Assembly (NCBI RefSeq): GCF_035084215.1
Contig: NC_090340.1
Span: 3,472,001-3,536,000, forward strand
Reading direction: 5' to 3'
From: Heptranchias perlo
Lineage: Eukaryota
DNA: 64,000 nucleotides
Position numbers and translations under genes: made by a program. The notes beneath the pieces are model-generated. The model had not been told where the DNA came from. It was given only the letters and a program-made list of their open reading frames with translations, and searched no databases. Each line of letters starts with the position of its first letter. The stretch's first letter is position 1. Of the stretch, positions 61,905 through 64,000 are shown piece after piece.

Positions 61905-63500
61905 AATCTACACCACAGAAACAGGCCATTCAACCGAACTGTTCTAAGTCGGTGTTTCGAAGCCACACGAGCCTTTTCTCATTCTAATGACCTCTCCCAT
62001 CGCTGTCCTCAAAGCTCTCATGTCTGCACGAAGCCTCCCTTTAAATGCATCAATGCTATCTGCTTCAGTCACTCTTATGTGGAAACGAGATCCACATTTT
62101 CAACACTATCTGTAAAATGAAATGTATTCTCAGCTCTTTATTTGATCTATTAGTGGCTGTCTTATAGCTGTGCCCATTCGTCGTGGACTCATCAGTGGAA
62201 ACAATTTCTCCTATCGAATCCTTTCATATTTTTATAGACCTCTATCAGTCCTCCTCTTACTCTACGCATTTTCGAGAGAAAAGAGCCGCAGCCTGCATAA
62301 ATCTTTCCTGCTATTTGCATCATCTCAATTCTGGTAATAACATTTCAAATCTTTTCTACACTTTCTCCAGTGGTTCTATACGCTTTTTATAATATGACGA
62401 CCAGAACGTCGCACATTACTCCAAGTGTGGTTCTAAATCAATTAAATATTACCTTTCCGCTTTTTTGTTCTATTCTTCGAGAAATGAACCTTATTGCTTT
62501 GTTTCTACTCTTTATGACCACCTGAACTTGTGTAGCTACTTCGAACGATTTATCTATCTTTCCTCCCTGACGTCTTTGCCCCTCTGGTGTTAGCTATGGC
62601 TCAGCGGTAGCACTCTAGCCTCTCAGTGAGAAAATTGTGGGTTCAAGTCCCATTTCTGAGAATTGAGCACATAATCTGAGCTGACACTCCAATACTGAGG
62701 AGTGCTGCTCTGTCGTGAGTTTTGCTTTTTTCTGATGAGACGTTAAACTGACACCCTGTCTTTCCTCAGAGGTGAAAACACCCCATTGCACTATTCGAAG
62801 AAGAGCAAAGGATTTCTTTCGTTGTCCTGGCCACTATTTATGCTTCAACCAACATCATTAAAACAGATTATCTTGTCAGTAACACATTGGGACATTACTG
62901 TGCGCAAATTAGTTGCCGCGTTTTATAAATTACAACAGTGACTACACTTCAAAAGTATTTCATTGTCTATAAAGTGCTTTAGGATGTCCTGATTTAGTTT
63001 CTTATCCTCCAAGGAAAATGTTGCTTCTTCCATTCTCCTACCTAAATGAACCACCTCACAGTTGCCTACATTGAATTTCATTTACCATTTATCAACCAAA
63101 TCTGCAACCCTGTTTATGAATTAATTTATTTTGGTTTTCCCCTCCACACTGTTAGCTATATCCCTCCAATTTGATACCATCTTGAAATTTTGTCACCATG
63201 CTTCCAGTTACTGCGTACAAATGATTTCCATATATGGTGAAAAATAATGGTCCCACAACCGATCCTCTGTTTTCTGTTATGTAGCCATCTTTCAATCCGT
63301 TCTGCTAACTGGTCCATGACTCCACACTCCCTGACCTTTGTCATGAGTCTCGCATGTGGCACCTTATTGAAAACCTTCTGAAAACACATGTATGCCATAT
63401 TCATTGCATTGTCCTTGTCTACTGTTTGTGTTATTTCGTCAAAGAATTGAATAAGGTTGGATGAACATGATATCTTCCCTATAGAAATCCTTGCTGACAT
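61905..63500 (-). mobile_element. Old CR1 fragment interrupted by a SINE
   Basis: SNLIQFFDEIT..FQKVFNKVPH; degenerate 3' UTR (cacagaaacaggccattca). Confidence 0.8.
62590..62992 (+). mobile_element. Deu-domain SINE
   Basis: Box A tggctcagcgg, box B ggttcaagtcc, Deu core and aacagtgactacacttcaaaagta body. Confidence 0.88.
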
Positions 63501-64000
63501 GTTTTGTTATGTTCTACTTCTCTGGATGATTTGTTTTCTCATATTTTAGCAAAGATTCTTGCATATTTCCTTTTTCTGACATTAAGACATCGCATTGTTC
63601 ATAATATTTATTTTCAGCCAGTTATTTCAAAGTAAGACAGCGTGCTACCATGAAGTGATGAATAAACTGGAATTTACAATTGATAACTTTACGTAAGTAT
63701 ACAAGTGTAATCGTTTTATACATTGCGACGGTGCACGGCCCTTTTACCTTTAGATTGAGATTGAATCTACCCCGACTGATCCTGAACGCCTCTCCAGTCT
63801 ACCTGTTGTGCAGGTGTTGGGCAAAATGTTCTTCTGCTGAGTTCCCAACGAGTGTAGGTCTACATTGTGAAATTGACATTGAATTGGTAAACAAGTTTTA
63901 AGGGCACAAGAATGGTGGGTACAGGAATTGCCAATGTCACACTTTAACAAGGCATATTTTGAGATACAATAGAAGGTGCTCTACTGTGCCACCTATATTT

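Overview
Repeat-rich vertebrate genomic DNA. The repeat complement (CR1 and L2 LINEs, Deu-domain SINEs, Neptune-type Penelope elements, Harbinger remnants, small MITEs) points to a cartilaginous fish such as a shark; this is an inference from by-eye family recognition. One host gene can be reconstructed on the minus strand (about 19332 to 9255): a non-rearranging Ig-superfamily receptor with leader, germline-joined VJ-type V domain, C1 domain, uncharged TM, and a tail with ITIM-like and ITSM motifs (SIRP/NKp30/antigen-receptor-like). Upstream of it is a heavily interrupted, decayed LTR provirus (about 23377-40436, minus strand) with paired LTRs, a PBS, a PPT and possible gag and env remnants. 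Inside its 3' LTR is a nest: MITE > 3.8 kb 20-bp minisatellite > LINE with a tRNA-derived (Pol III-type) head > palindromic hammerhead-ribozyme mini-element. Four Penelope-derived insertions carry minimal hammerhead motifs, and three of them have 12-bp TSDs. All calls were made by eye without database searches, and repeat boundaries are approximate unless a TSD or splice site fixes them.
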